Assembly (NCBI GenBank): GCA_029856145.1
Contig: JAHQWK010000001.1
Location: 544,001 to 608,000 of the forward strand
Origin: Promethearchaeia archaeon
Lineage (GTDB): Archaea; Asgardarchaeota; Lokiarchaeia; Sigyniarchaeales; SOKP01
Reading direction: 5' to 3'
DNA: 64,000 nt
The notes below the pieces were generated by a model. That model ran no database searches. It was given only the letters and a program-made list of their open reading frames with translations, and was not told the DNA's origin. This document shows, piece by piece, positions 39,673 through 49,647 of this stretch. The number at the start of each line of letters is the position of its first letter. The first letter of the stretch is position 1. The position numbers and the translations under genes are program-made.

Positions 39673-40967
39673 AACAATATAGTGTAGATGTAGCTGTAAT
39701 AGGTGGTGGATCTGCAGGGTTAGCAGCAGCAATTGTTGTTAAAAAAGCTGAATTAAATGTATTAATAATTGAAAGGGATAAAGAATTAGGTGGAATTACA
39801 CTCCAATGTATTCATAATGGATTTGGACTTCACGAATTTAAAGAAGAATTAACTGGACCTGAATATGTCCAACGATTTATCAACCAAGCTAAAGAACTAG
39901 AAATTCCTGCTAAGTTAGACACGATGGTAATTGAATTCACCCCAGATAAAACAATCTATGCTGTGAATAAAGAAGAAGGACTAATTGAGATTAAAACTAA
40001 AGCTATTATTCTTGCAATGGGTTGTCGTGAAAAAACACGAGGTGCGATTAATATTCCCGGCTTTCGACCTGCAGGAATATATACTGCTGGACAAGCTCAA
40101 AGATTTGTCAATATTGAAGGATATTTACCCGGTAGAACTTTTGTTATTTTGGGAAGTGGAGATATTGGCATGATTATGGCACGGCGATTAACTTGGGAGG
40201 GCTGTCAAGTTAAGGCGGTTGTAGAAATTCAACCCTATGTAAGTGGATTAATAAGAAATGAAGTACAATGCTTAGAAGATTATGGAATTCCATTAATAAC
40301 GTCTTACACTATCACGAAAATCCATGGAAAAGAAAGGCTTAAGGGAGTTACAATTTCAAAAGTAGATAGAAATTTCGATAGAGTTATAGGTTCTGACAAG
40401 TTTATTGAATGTGATACACTTCTTCTATCAGTAGGATTGATTCCTGAAAATGAATTAACAAGGGAAGCAGGAGCGGAAATCTCACAAATGGGAGGCCCTG
40501 TAGTAGATAATAATCTGGAAACCAAGATTGATGGGATTTTTGCTTGTGGTAATGTTCTACAAGTACATGATTTAGTAGATCTGGTTACAGCAGAGGCAAA
40601 AAGAGCTGGATTAAATGCTATTGAATATATTAAAGAAAGATATAGTAAAAAAATAGGAAAAAAAGACCAAATAAAATGTATTCCGGGTGAAAATGTTAAT
40701 TATATAAAGCCCGATTTGATTAATCGTGCTGATTTATCCAAAAATATTATTTTTACATTTCGAGTCAAGCGACCAGATAGAAGACTTCTAATTCAATTAA
40801 AAGATGAAAAAAATAAGATTGTTTACAAACGAAAGAGGAGATACGTTATTCCTAGCGAAATGATTGAAATAAAATTAAATTTAAGTGAACAACAAATAGA
40901 TCCTGAAAGTAATACCTTGGAGGTTGAAGTGATCCCTCGACCAGAGGTTTTAATTGAGGATGATTAA
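39669..40967 (+). CDS. Pyridine nucleotide-disulfide oxidoreductase (partner of GlpA-like subunit)
   Basis: IGGGSAGL, QCIHNGFG, ELTGPEY, AMGCRE, GSGDIGMIMARR, SVGLIPENEL, ACGNVLQVHDLVD; 4-nt overlap with the upstream gene. Confidence 0.9.
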   Translation: MKQYSVDVAVIGGGSAGLAAAIVVKKAELNVLIIERDKELGGITLQCIHNGFGLHEFKEELTGPEYVQRFINQAKELEIPAKLDTMVIEFTPDKTIYAVNKEEGLIEIKTKAIILAMGCREKTRGAINIPGFRPAGIYTAGQAQRFVNIEGYLPGRTFVILGSGDIGMIMARRLTWEGCQVKAVVEIQPYVSGLIRNEVQCLEDYGIPLITSYTITKIHGKERLKGVTISKVDRNFDRVIGSDKFIECDTLLLSVGLIPENELTREAGAEISQMGGPVVDNNLETKIDGIFACGNVLQVHDLVDLVTAEAKRAGLNAIEYIKERYSKKIGKKDQIKCIPGENVNYIKPDLINRADLSKNIIFTFRVKRPDRRLLIQLKDEKNKIVYKRKRRYVIPSEMIEIKLNLSEQQIDPESNTLEVEVIPRPEVLIEDD

Positions 40968-40989
40968 TCAAAAAAAAAGGTGATGAGAG

Positions 40990-41388
40990 TTGTCAACAAA
41001 AAGTAATGAAACTGAGCTTCCCGAAGGATTCAAGGATATAAGATGCATCATTTGTCCTACAGGCTGTCTTGTACATGTCGAAAAAATTAATGGAGAACTA
41101 ATCATTGAAGGGCATTCTTGTAAAAGAGGGGAAGAATATGCAAGAGAAGAATTTGTTGCTCCAAAAAGAATTCTTACTACAACAATGCAAGTAGAAAGCG
41201 GTTTTTTACCTTTGGTCCCCGTGAGATCAGACACGCCTATTCCAAAAGATCGATTGGAAGAAACTCTTAAAGAAATCGCAAAAGTAAAAACTAAAGCTCC
41301 TATAAAAATGGGAGATATTCTTATAGAAAAAGTTCTAGGACTTGAGATCAATATTATAGCAAGTAGAGATTTAATTGAAAGTAAATAA
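40990..41388 (+). CDS. DUF1667 CxxC protein (third subunit of GlpA-type cluster)
   Basis: CIICPTGC, GHSCKRGEEYA..E..APKRILTT. Confidence 0.88.
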   Translation: MSTKSNETELPEGFKDIRCIICPTGCLVHVEKINGELIIEGHSCKRGEEYAREEFVAPKRILTTTMQVESGFLPLVPVRSDTPIPKDRLEETLKEIAKVKTKAPIKMGDILIEKVLGLEINIIASRDLIESK

Positions 41389-41565
41389 CTTTTTCATCTT
41401 TTAAACTTCCCTATCTCTTTTATTTGTTTGATTTTTGTAAATTTATATATTGAAGGATCTTTTCCAAATGTGTCATTTTACTAAAATATATAAAATCTAA
41501 CTTAGATTAAATTGTTAGAAAAAAGGTATTAAATTTTTTAAAATAAAATTTAGAGGAGACTTATT

Positions 41566-41910
41566 TTGTCAGAATTCGAACAAAAAGTATTGAAATTACT
41601 CGAAGAAATTAATAATAAACTAGATAAAGTATTGAAAGCTGAGCCTATATCTGTAAGTTCAGCACCAGTGGCATCAGCAGCACCTTCTCCTGCGGCTTCA
41701 ACAGTTAAACCTTCTGCTATAGTTGACAAGCAAGAGGAAGAAGCACGAATGGAAGAGAAACCGCCTGTTGAGGGCCGAAGAGTCTGTCCTGAGTGTGGAG
41801 GAACCGCGTTTGCCACACACGAAGATAAAGGCCAAGTTTTACATCAAATGGGTGGCGTAAAGATTTATGCTAAGAAATACGTCTGTAAGCAGTGTGGATA
41901 CACTTTTTAA
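41566..41910 (+). CDS. Short coiled coil, Ala/Pro/Ser linker, C-terminal Zn-ribbon protein
   Basis: LKLLEEINNKLDKVL; SSAPVASAAPSPAAS; EGRRVCPECG...KKYVCKQCG; GAGGAG upstream of the TTG start. Confidence 0.85.
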   Translation: MSEFEQKVLKLLEEINNKLDKVLKAEPISVSSAPVASAAPSPAASTVKPSAIVDKQEEEARMEEKPPVEGRRVCPECGGTAFATHEDKGQVLHQMGGVKIYAKKYVCKQCGYTF

Positions 41911-42069
41911 TTTTTTTTTTTAAATTTTATTAAATCTTCTGAAAACTATGATATTTTTATAAAAACACCTATTATTAAACCTTTAAGTTAGATTTTTAAT
42001 TTCTTTATACTTTAAATTCTTAATTAGAAATGTTATAAGGTACATGTGGTGCAGAATTAAATTCCTCAA

Positions 42070-43143
42070 ATGAGAGTTAGTAAATGGATTCAATACATTA
42101 AAAGCTTTATTTTAAATAATTTTACCAGCCAAAAAGTTCCCTATTCTGCTCAGATAGAATTGACTCTGCGTTGTAATGGGAAGTGTCCATTCTGTTCAAT
42201 TCATTCTTTACCCGAATCTATTCTGGGTACTGATATGACTACTGAACAAATAAAATATTTAATCGATGAGATAGCTAAATTGGGAGTACTCTCTCTTTCT
42301 TTTACAGGTGGTGAGCCCACATTAAGAAAAGATTTACCAGAATTAATTTATTACACGGGAGTAGTACACAATTTTATGAATGGTATCGCTACTAATGGAT
42401 ATTTATTACCTAAATTATTTAAAGAACAAAAAATTGAAGGCTTGGATTATGTTTTACTTTCGCTTGACTATCCTACAGCAAAATTGCATAATAAAATGCG
42501 AGGAATTAAAGTATTTGATAGAGTTATTGAATCTATTAAATTAGCCAATAAGCATGATATCAAACCTATCATAAGCACAGTGGTTATGAAAGATAATATC
42601 CACTTATTGGATGATATTTGCCAATTAACTGAAAGATTAGGGTGTTCAATTGAATTATATCCCTGTGAAGATATAATAAGGGATTTCCCTAATAAAAGTT
42701 ACCAAATCCAAGATATTCAAGAAATGATACCGGAAATATCTGTATGGGCGAAATTAATACGATCATTAAGAAAAAAATACAATAATATTTTAACTGATCC
42801 AATAAGCGTTGAAGTGGTTGAGAAAGGAGGTTTTGGTGGATTCCCAGACCATCATCAAAATATTCTACGCTGTCATGTCGCAGAAGCGTATATATTCATT
42901 AGTCATGATGGATTTATTAATTATCCTTGTAAAATTCATCCAATTCTAAGTTACAATTCTTTAAAGTATCCAATATCGAGTATTTATAACTCTCATAAAG
43001 TAAAAGAAATAATGAAGATGCATGATAATTATCATTTCTGCAAAAATTGTCGTTTGGGGTGTGCTATCGCATCATCAATCCCAACTCGTTGGAAAACGGT
43101 TTATGCTAAGTATATTAAAGGCTTTTTAGAAGGCAAGTTATGA
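42070..43143 (+). CDS. Radical SAM protein with SPASM/twitch-like C-terminus
   Basis: LTLRCNGKCPFC, FTGGEPTL, TNG; C-terminal C..PC..CKNCRLGC. Confidence 0.9.
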   Translation: MRVSKWIQYIKSFILNNFTSQKVPYSAQIELTLRCNGKCPFCSIHSLPESILGTDMTTEQIKYLIDEIAKLGVLSLSFTGGEPTLRKDLPELIYYTGVVHNFMNGIATNGYLLPKLFKEQKIEGLDYVLLSLDYPTAKLHNKMRGIKVFDRVIESIKLANKHDIKPIISTVVMKDNIHLLDDICQLTERLGCSIELYPCEDIIRDFPNKSYQIQDIQEMIPEISVWAKLIRSLRKKYNNILTDPISVEVVEKGGFGGFPDHHQNILRCHVAEAYIFISHDGFINYPCKIHPILSYNSLKYPISSIYNSHKVKEIMKMHDNYHFCKNCRLGCAIASSIPTRWKTVYAKYIKGFLEGKL

Positions 43144-43213
43144 TAGTAAATGTCATTGCACAATTCAAAAAATTTAATTAAAAACATAGTTTTCCTAATA
43201 TAGTGATGAAATA

Positions 43214-43786
43214 ATGTCAGCCATTATAGTAATTATTCAAATAGTATTCATTACGCTAGGGATGATTGTCCTAGGGATGGTTCTTAATCATTTCTTAGGA
43301 TTAACAAAAGAAGTCTTACAAGATATGAGGAAAAAAGCTTTAAATTTTCGAGAACGTATGAAAAACGCTCAACTTATAGGAGATTATGAACAATTGATAC
43401 AAACACAGCAGGAATCAACTGTGTTTATGAAATCAATAATGAAGAAACAGATGATTCCCTTATGCTTGAGATGTATCATTTTTATTGGTATTTTTATGGT
43501 TCTAGGAATGATTTATGTAGATTATGAGAGTGGATTGCTACCATTTCCAATTCTAATTTTTGGTAGTGGTTGGTTAGCTATTTACCTAATCTTTTCAGTT
43601 TACTTTTCCTTATTTATATGGGGGGTGAAAAAACTTACAGGGATGGGAGGTAAGACGAAAAATTCTGTGAAAGAAATCATGGGGCTTGTCTCCCCCCAAC
43701 AAGATACAGGACTCTCTTCATATCCTACTTCCAATATACCTGATATGCCGAGAAGAGATTCTTGGAAAGAGCGTATTGAAGAATAG
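43214..43786 (+). CDS. DUF106/EMC3/TMCO1 (Oxa1 superfamily) membrane insertase-like protein
   Basis: TM1, cytoplasmic coiled coil, TM2, LPFPI..GSGWLAIYLIFS TM3. Confidence 0.72.
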   Translation: MSAIIVIIQIVFITLGMIVLGMVLNHFLGLTKEVLQDMRKKALNFRERMKNAQLIGDYEQLIQTQQESTVFMKSIMKKQMIPLCLRCIIFIGIFMVLGMIYVDYESGLLPFPILIFGSGWLAIYLIFSVYFSLFIWGVKKLTGMGGKTKNSVKEIMGLVSPQQDTGLSSYPTSNIPDMPRRDSWKERIEE

Positions 43787-43835
43787 GACGATCATTATAA
43801 TTAATTTTTTAATTTTTTGTTAGTTTAAAATAACA

Positions 43836-44129
43836 ATGAAGCGAAATTTTGTATTAAACCTAATTTTCATTGCTCTATTTATCCTTTTTTTGGTTTTATC
43901 GATAGTAATTGATTTCTTTTTTTTTATCCCTATTATATGTTTCTTACCCTTCTCTTTTAGAACAATTAAAAAAAACAGTACATATTTTGAAGAGAGATCA
44001 ACTCAAACTTCATCATATACGGATTCTAGAAATTCAGAAATAAGATATTGTCCGAGATGTGGTGGAGAAATAACAAAATCTATTGCAAAATATTGTTATC
44101 ATTGTGGAGAAAAATTAAATAATAAATAA
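43836..44129 (+). CDS. Membrane-anchored Zn-ribbon protein
   Basis: N-terminal hydrophobic hairpin; CPRCG...AKYCYHCGEKL. Confidence 0.8.
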   Translation: MKRNFVLNLIFIALFILFLVLSIVIDFFFFIPIICFLPFSFRTIKKNSTYFEERSTQTSSYTDSRNSEIRYCPRCGGEITKSIAKYCYHCGEKLNNK

Positions 44130-44142
44130 CATGTGGTAAATT

Positions 44143-44646
44143 ATGGTTGAAAATAATGATATTAAAAGACAAATGACGCTTTATTTTATATTTGCTGCAG
44201 CTATGATTGGACTTAATTACTTAATTCAAAAATTAAATGAAATCATTGCTCCAATCATTTGTGCTAGTTTAGGGTCAATTGAATTCTTTCAAGTATTCTA
44301 TTGCTCTACTAACCCATTTAATATGCCAGAATTAGTTGGTTCTATTGTAGCAGTTGGAATTACATATTTTATTAAGTTCTTCTTAGATAAATATCTAGTT
44401 TTTAAAAGAACTGGCACCGGAGCAAAACAAACATCAATAGAATTTACTAAATATCTTGGCTTCGCAATTCTTACTACAATAGAAAATATTGGAATTCAAT
44501 TTTTATTAACAAACTTTCTAAATGCTCCACTCGAAATAAGCGTGATTATTGCACTTAGTATTGGATATATTTCGAAATTTTTTCTTGATAGAAAATTTGT
44601 TTTTGTAAAAAATTTAGAATTAGATATAGAAAATAATAAAATTTAA
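44143..44646 (+). CDS. GtrA-like membrane protein
   Basis: Internal repeat KFFLD(K/R)..VF; about 4 TM helices. Confidence 0.72.
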   Translation: MVENNDIKRQMTLYFIFAAAMIGLNYLIQKLNEIIAPIICASLGSIEFFQVFYCSTNPFNMPELVGSIVAVGITYFIKFFLDKYLVFKRTGTGAKQTSIEFTKYLGFAILTTIENIGIQFLLTNFLNAPLEISVIIALSIGYISKFFLDRKFVFVKNLELDIENNKI

Positions 44647-44671
44647 TAGATCGAAAGGTGATTTTAAATAT

Positions 44672-45766
44672 ATGACAGAGGAAGATCGTGAGGAAGAGAA
44701 TGATAAATCTATCGTTGACGCTTTGGGTCAACTGGGTTGGGTAGAAGAAAAGGAAGAAAAAGAGAAACCTTTAGAAACTGAAGATAATCTTAAAGACCAA
44801 CTCAATTTCTTTATGGAAGAGAACAAAAGGTTAATAGAGGAGATTTCTGAAAAAATTGAAAAAATTCAAAATTTAGAACAAAATATTCAAGAATTATCTC
44901 AAAAAGCAGAAGATAATGCTACCCAGAGTCAGGCCGTTCAAAAATTATATGAAACAATTGAGAATAGAAATGATGACATTGAAAATTTAAACTCTACTCT
45001 TGAGGAGCAATCGTCAAAATTCAATACAATAACTAATGATCAAGTTGAAAAAATAAAAGAATTAACTTCTCAAATTGAGCAATTTCAATCGGAACAAGCG
45101 AAGAATCAGGATTTACTAAATAAAATAGATGAAAAAGAAATCATGATTAAAGAATTAAAAGAACAATTACAATTCCTTGAAACTGATTCAATCCAAAAAT
45201 CTAAGTTTGAAAAACTTGAAGTACTTATAGAAAAAAAGGATGAAATCATAACTGAAAAAGAAAAATCGATTTTTACCATTGAAAATGATTTAAAAACATC
45301 TAATCAGAAAATTCATGATCTTCAACAACAATTAGAAACATTCAATTTAGTAAAGAAAGATCTTGAAAAAAAAGTAGAACGAAATAAGACTTTAGTTGTG
45401 GAAATTGAAGAATTAAAACAAAAAAACATAACTATCCAAGAATTAATTGAACGGTATGAAGAAAAGTTAGAAGAAGCACATAAAAAATCCGGAAATTTAA
45501 CGGGTAAATTTGAATTAGAGCTAGCTAATATGCGAAGTATGCTTGATGACAGATCGCAGGAGATAAAAAGCATGAGAGAACAGTTAAAGGAATTACAGAG
45601 TAAAACAGGTGATACAATACAAAAAGAAGAGAAGTTTTTAAGCGACCTTCAACAAATAAAAGATGAAAAATTAAAATTAGAATCAGATCTCGAAGAAAAA
45701 AATAAGGAAGTAATTGAACTAAAAAAGAGAATCAAATTAATGCGCAGAGATATTCAAAAATCTTAA
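44672..45766 (+). CDS. Long coiled-coil protein
   Basis: About 320 aa of E/K/Q/L/I-rich heptads with no Pro after the N-terminal head. Confidence 0.85.
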   Translation: MTEEDREEENDKSIVDALGQLGWVEEKEEKEKPLETEDNLKDQLNFFMEENKRLIEEISEKIEKIQNLEQNIQELSQKAEDNATQSQAVQKLYETIENRNDDIENLNSTLEEQSSKFNTITNDQVEKIKELTSQIEQFQSEQAKNQDLLNKIDEKEIMIKELKEQLQFLETDSIQKSKFEKLEVLIEKKDEIITEKEKSIFTIENDLKTSNQKIHDLQQQLETFNLVKKDLEKKVERNKTLVVEIEELKQKNITIQELIERYEEKLEEAHKKSGNLTGKFELELANMRSMLDDRSQEIKSMREQLKELQSKTGDTIQKEEKFLSDLQQIKDEKLKLESDLEEKNKEVIELKKRIKLMRRDIQKS

Positions 45767-45839
45767 TTCAAAATGGTTTTGCTTTACTATGTATGTAAAA
45801 TCATTAAAAAAAGAGAAAAAATAAAATTATTAAAAAACC

Positions 45840-46847
45840 TTATTTTTCGCGCCACTCAATTCCACATTGGCCGCATTTATATTTTTTTCCGTACACTCGA
45901 GGGTAGTCTAATATTATATTGGACTTATCAACAGTCTCATGAATCATGTGAGGGTCATCAGTAGAGCATTCAGGGCATTTTCGGCGACCTTCAACCTTCT
46001 CAATCGTTAAAATCGTGCTGTCTGTTCTACCAGGTATTCCTGGCGCAGCACCAGAAGCCTTCACCTCAGAAATATCCGCTTGTACTTCTTCTGGAGAAAC
46101 ATCTTTAACTTCTGACTTAAATTCTGGTTGAATTGCCGCCGCAATCCTATCATCTTCATCTTCTCCTTCTAATACAGATTCAGCTTTTAATTGTACCGCA
46201 TCAGATTCCTTATAATCTACCCCTCTCGCTAAAGCTGCCATAAATTCTGCATCATCTCCTTCTTCAAAGATAGTTTCTTGCTGTAATCCTGCCCTATCAG
46301 CATCTATAGCACGTCCCCATTGACCTGATTTGACACGTTCTTTCACATTACTTGTACTTCCTTGCCAAATATACACTTTATTGCCTAAATCAGCAACAAA
46401 ACAATCTTCTGAGTCTAATGATTCTTTTTTAAATGGGATTTGAATCATTTTCATCGCATTGATATCTTCAAATTCTTCTGAAGAAACTCGATAAAGAGCA
46501 TTTTTCCATTCTGTAAAGCCCGCCCAATCACCCGTAGATACATCTTTAAGTAATGTTTTAGCGTAGTTTTTTTCAACAATTTTCATTGTGCCCATTGGAT
46601 TGATCGTTTTCATAAATTCTTTTGATTCTTGTCCTTGATCTACTGTAATTATTTTAGCAGCGCCACCACGTTGTTGGTCGAGTGTTCTTGCTTGAGCAGC
46701 ACCTGCGGTCTTCTCATCTACTGAGCATTTATTACCTATCCAGACATATATAGTTCTTTCGTCATCTAAAAGGTAAACGTCTCCGCTGGAAAAGACTGGT
46801 TTATTGATTGCATTTAAATTTCCTTGATCAATAAGAAAAAGTTTCAT
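45840..46847 (-). CDS. Two-domain gelsolin/villin-family protein with C-terminal Zn ribbon
   Basis: Domain 1 FSSGDVYLLDD..TIYVWIG..CSVDEK...VDQGQESKEF; domain 2 LDSEDCFVADLGNKVYIWQG..SNVKER...EEGDDAEF; acidic/Pro linker; CPEC...CGQC; ATG 46847 preferred over GTG 46859. Confidence 0.92.
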   Translation of the reverse strand: MKLFLIDQGNLNAINKPVFSSGDVYLLDDERTIYVWIGNKCSVDEKTAGAAQARTLDQQRGGAAKIITVDQGQESKEFMKTINPMGTMKIVEKNYAKTLLKDVSTGDWAGFTEWKNALYRVSSEEFEDINAMKMIQIPFKKESLDSEDCFVADLGNKVYIWQGSTSNVKERVKSGQWGRAIDADRAGLQQETIFEEGDDAEFMAALARGVDYKESDAVQLKAESVLEGEDEDDRIAAAIQPEFKSEVKDVSPEEVQADISEVKASGAAPGIPGRTDSTILTIEKVEGRRKCPECSTDDPHMIHETVDKSNIILDYPRVYGKKYKCGQCGIEWREK

Positions 46848-46980
46848 CTTTAATTTCACTTTTTTAATTTTTAATAAATTTTTTTTTAATTACATTATGA
46901 AAATAAGTCTATAAAAGTTTTGATAAAAACTTCGGTAATATTACTATATTATTACCTTTAAAGAAGATGAAATAAAGCCT

Positions 46981-48357
46981 TTAAAAATCATTTAGGGCTG
47001 AATTAATTCTTTTAATCAATTCCGGGATTTCACTTAGATCTATAGAGCAATAAGCAATGCGTATACCGTTAATATTCTCATCCAATTTTTCAATTGGTAT
47101 TATTCCTACTTTATATTGTTTTAATAAGCGATCTGCGAATTCTGTTGCTTTAATTTTATTAGCATTTAAATTTAAAAAGACAAAAAATCCACCTGAATTA
47201 GGATCAATTGACATATTTGGATTATTTATTTTTAATAACTCGGAATTAATACAATCATATCTTTCTTTGAGTAAATTTTGTACTTCCCTTCTTGATTGCA
47301 TGATTTGTTCCATTCCCTTCTCATGGAATAACTTATGGATGAGTACTTGGTAGAAACTGTTGCAATTTGATATTGTTGCGCGAATGAAACCTTCTAATTT
47401 ATTATGGATTTCATCCTTTAATATTTGTAATTCTCCATTGTTTTCTATCCAGCTTGGTTTTAAACCTAATGTGATAAAACCAATCCGGCCTCCATAAATC
47501 AAGAGTTCCTTTGTGATTCCATCCAATTTAATTGGAATGACATTTTCATCCAACTGGTGTAGGTCATAGAATATTGATCTATTTAACACATTATCTTTAA
47601 ATACGTATGGCTCATATGCGTCATCAACTAAAACAATAATAGGTTTTTCATGAGTTAGTTGACTTTCTTTTAACATTTCAACAAGTGTGGAACCTTCTTC
47701 TGTTGTAGGAACATATCCTGTAGGATTATTAGGAAAATTCAAAAGGATGACTATTTTTTCTTGAATTTTAGCAACGTCCTCAATCGCTGTTTTTAATCCT
47801 TCGATATTTATCCTGTTATTTTTAAAAAATTCAAATGATTTACTTTTCGCACCAATGAATTTGCTAATAATATTATCATAATTTCCCCATCTCTTATTTG
47901 GTACAATAATAGAATCACTTGGATTTAAAAACAGTGAGCAAGCTTGAAAAATTCCATTAGTAATTCCTCCTGTTATTACTGGAGTGGTTATATATTTATT
48001 TAACCGAGAAAATAAAATATCTTCCTTATTACTATATAATGATTTCTGAACTATCCATTCTTTCCAAATTTCCCTTGTTTCTTGTAATCCACCAATAGAA
48101 GTATAAGGAACGATTTCTTTAACAGTGAGCCTTGAATAATCAGTGATCTCTTTCAGATAACATGGTAACCAATCGTTACTTCCTCCATCAATAAAATCCT
48201 TTTCAAATCCATAAGCGGCTCCAAGCGTCCCTATCAATTCTGCTTCTTCTCTTGCTCTTTTCGCCCAATAGAAAATCCCCTCTGGAAGGAAAATTCTTTT
48301 CCCAATTTCTGAAAAGGCTTTGTATATTGGGGTTTTTTGTATAATGCTAAAGTTCAT
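46981..48357 (-). CDS. Aminotransferase class I/II
   Basis: WGNY, LNFPNNPTGY, DDAY, KLDGITKE....GGRIGF, GIRIAY. Confidence 0.92.
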   Translation of the reverse strand: MNFSIIQKTPIYKAFSEIGKRIFLPEGIFYWAKRAREEAELIGTLGAAYGFEKDFIDGGSNDWLPCYLKEITDYSRLTVKEIVPYTSIGGLQETREIWKEWIVQKSLYSNKEDILFSRLNKYITTPVITGGITNGIFQACSLFLNPSDSIIVPNKRWGNYDNIISKFIGAKSKSFEFFKNNRINIEGLKTAIEDVAKIQEKIVILLNFPNNPTGYVPTTEEGSTLVEMLKESQLTHEKPIIVLVDDAYEPYVFKDNVLNRSIFYDLHQLDENVIPIKLDGITKELLIYGGRIGFITLGLKPSWIENNGELQILKDEIHNKLEGFIRATISNCNSFYQVLIHKLFHEKGMEQIMQSRREVQNLLKERYDCINSELLKINNPNMSIDPNSGGFFVFLNLNANKIKATEFADRLLKQYKVGIIPIEKLDENINGIRIAYCSIDLSEIPELIKRINSALNDF

Positions 48358-48474
48358 AATAAATACATCAATTTTTAAAAATTATAAAGAAACTTATCTA
48401 GGAATGAATAATTTTGGAAAGTAATTGAAATTTATTTGCTGAATTTAAATATTAAAATAAATTAACAAACAATT

Positions 48475-48936
48475 ATGAATAATGAAAATAATTTAAGCGA
48501 TTCTGAAAATGAAAAAATAAATGAAAAGCACTTTCAAAAAGGTAGGCAAAACTTCATTGATGGAATCAAAGATGGATTTGAAAATTTTAAAACTTCTTTA
48601 GAAGAAAAATCAAAGAAAAATAAAGAATTATGGGAAGAAAATAAAGAAAAAGTGAATAAATTCTTTAATGGAGTTAAGCAAGATTGGGAGAGTAAGATCA
48701 AAGAATGGAATACAGAAATGGAACAACGAAGGTTGGAAACAAAAGAACAGTGGGATGCTCATAAGAAAAAGATAAGCCAAGATTTCAAAAATTGGCAAGA
48801 AAAGACACAACAAAAATGGGAAGAAGGAGTGAAGGCAGTTAGAAAGGGATTTTTTCGAGCGTATTTATGGACTTTACTGTTAATAATTCCAATTATAATA
48901 ATTTTAGTTATCATAATTCGAATAATAGGATTTTAA
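48475..48936 (+). CDS. Tail-anchored amphipathic-helix repeat protein (apolipoprotein/LEA-like)
   Basis: Periodic W/F residues in a charged helix; single C-terminal TM. Confidence 0.75.
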   Translation: MNNENNLSDSENEKINEKHFQKGRQNFIDGIKDGFENFKTSLEEKSKKNKELWEENKEKVNKFFNGVKQDWESKIKEWNTEMEQRRLETKEQWDAHKKKISQDFKNWQEKTQQKWEEGVKAVRKGFFRAYLWTLLLIIPIIIILVIIIRIIGF

Positions 48937-49593
48937 ATGATTGAGATCTTCACTATATCCTTTATTGTTGCTCTTACTGGTGCTTTATCTCCTGGACCCG
49001 TATTAACATTCACGATTTATAAATCGCTTAAGAGTAAAAATCCTTTCGCAGGATTTTTTATTGTTTTGGGTCATGCACTTTTAGAATTTTCTTTGATAAT
49101 CTTATTATTGTTAGGAGCTTCCTTTCTTTTCCAAAATCTTCTATTTTTAATAATGATTGGAATAATTGGAGGTATTTGTTTAATGATTTTCGGGTTTCTT
49201 ACTATAAGAGAAGTATATAAAAAACAATATGAAATTAAATTTAATCTAAAAGAAGAAAATATGAGTGGTTTTAAGGGTAATAGTTTTCTTGGAGGTATAT
49301 TTTATTCAATATCAAATCCTTATTGGGCGTTTTGGTGGGCAGTCACAGGCTTGACAATTATGATCAATTTGAATATATCATTTCAAAATCCACTAGGTTT
49401 ATTGTTATTCTTTCTTGGGCACGAATTAGGAGATTTTATATGGTATGTTCCAATTTCTCTTTTTGTTTATTTTGGAGGCAAATCCTTAAACTCTAAGGTT
49501 TATAAGTATGTTTTAATTGTTTGTGGAGGTTTTATGATAGCCTTTGGTATTTATTTAATTCTTAATGTCACCATTTTCCCTCCAAGTGTATGA
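48937..49593 (+). CDS. LysE family translocator
   Basis: ALSPGP, GHALLE, SISNPYWAFWW, GHELGDFIWY. Confidence 0.9.
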   Translation: MIEIFTISFIVALTGALSPGPVLTFTIYKSLKSKNPFAGFFIVLGHALLEFSLIILLLLGASFLFQNLLFLIMIGIIGGICLMIFGFLTIREVYKKQYEIKFNLKEENMSGFKGNSFLGGIFYSISNPYWAFWWAVTGLTIMINLNISFQNPLGLLLFFLGHELGDFIWYVPISLFVYFGGKSLNSKVYKYVLIVCGGFMIAFGIYLILNVTIFPPSV

Positions 49594-49647
49594 TCTAATT
49601 AATAGCTTGGATTTTTTAAGAAATAGTTATGAATTAAAAAAATTTCT

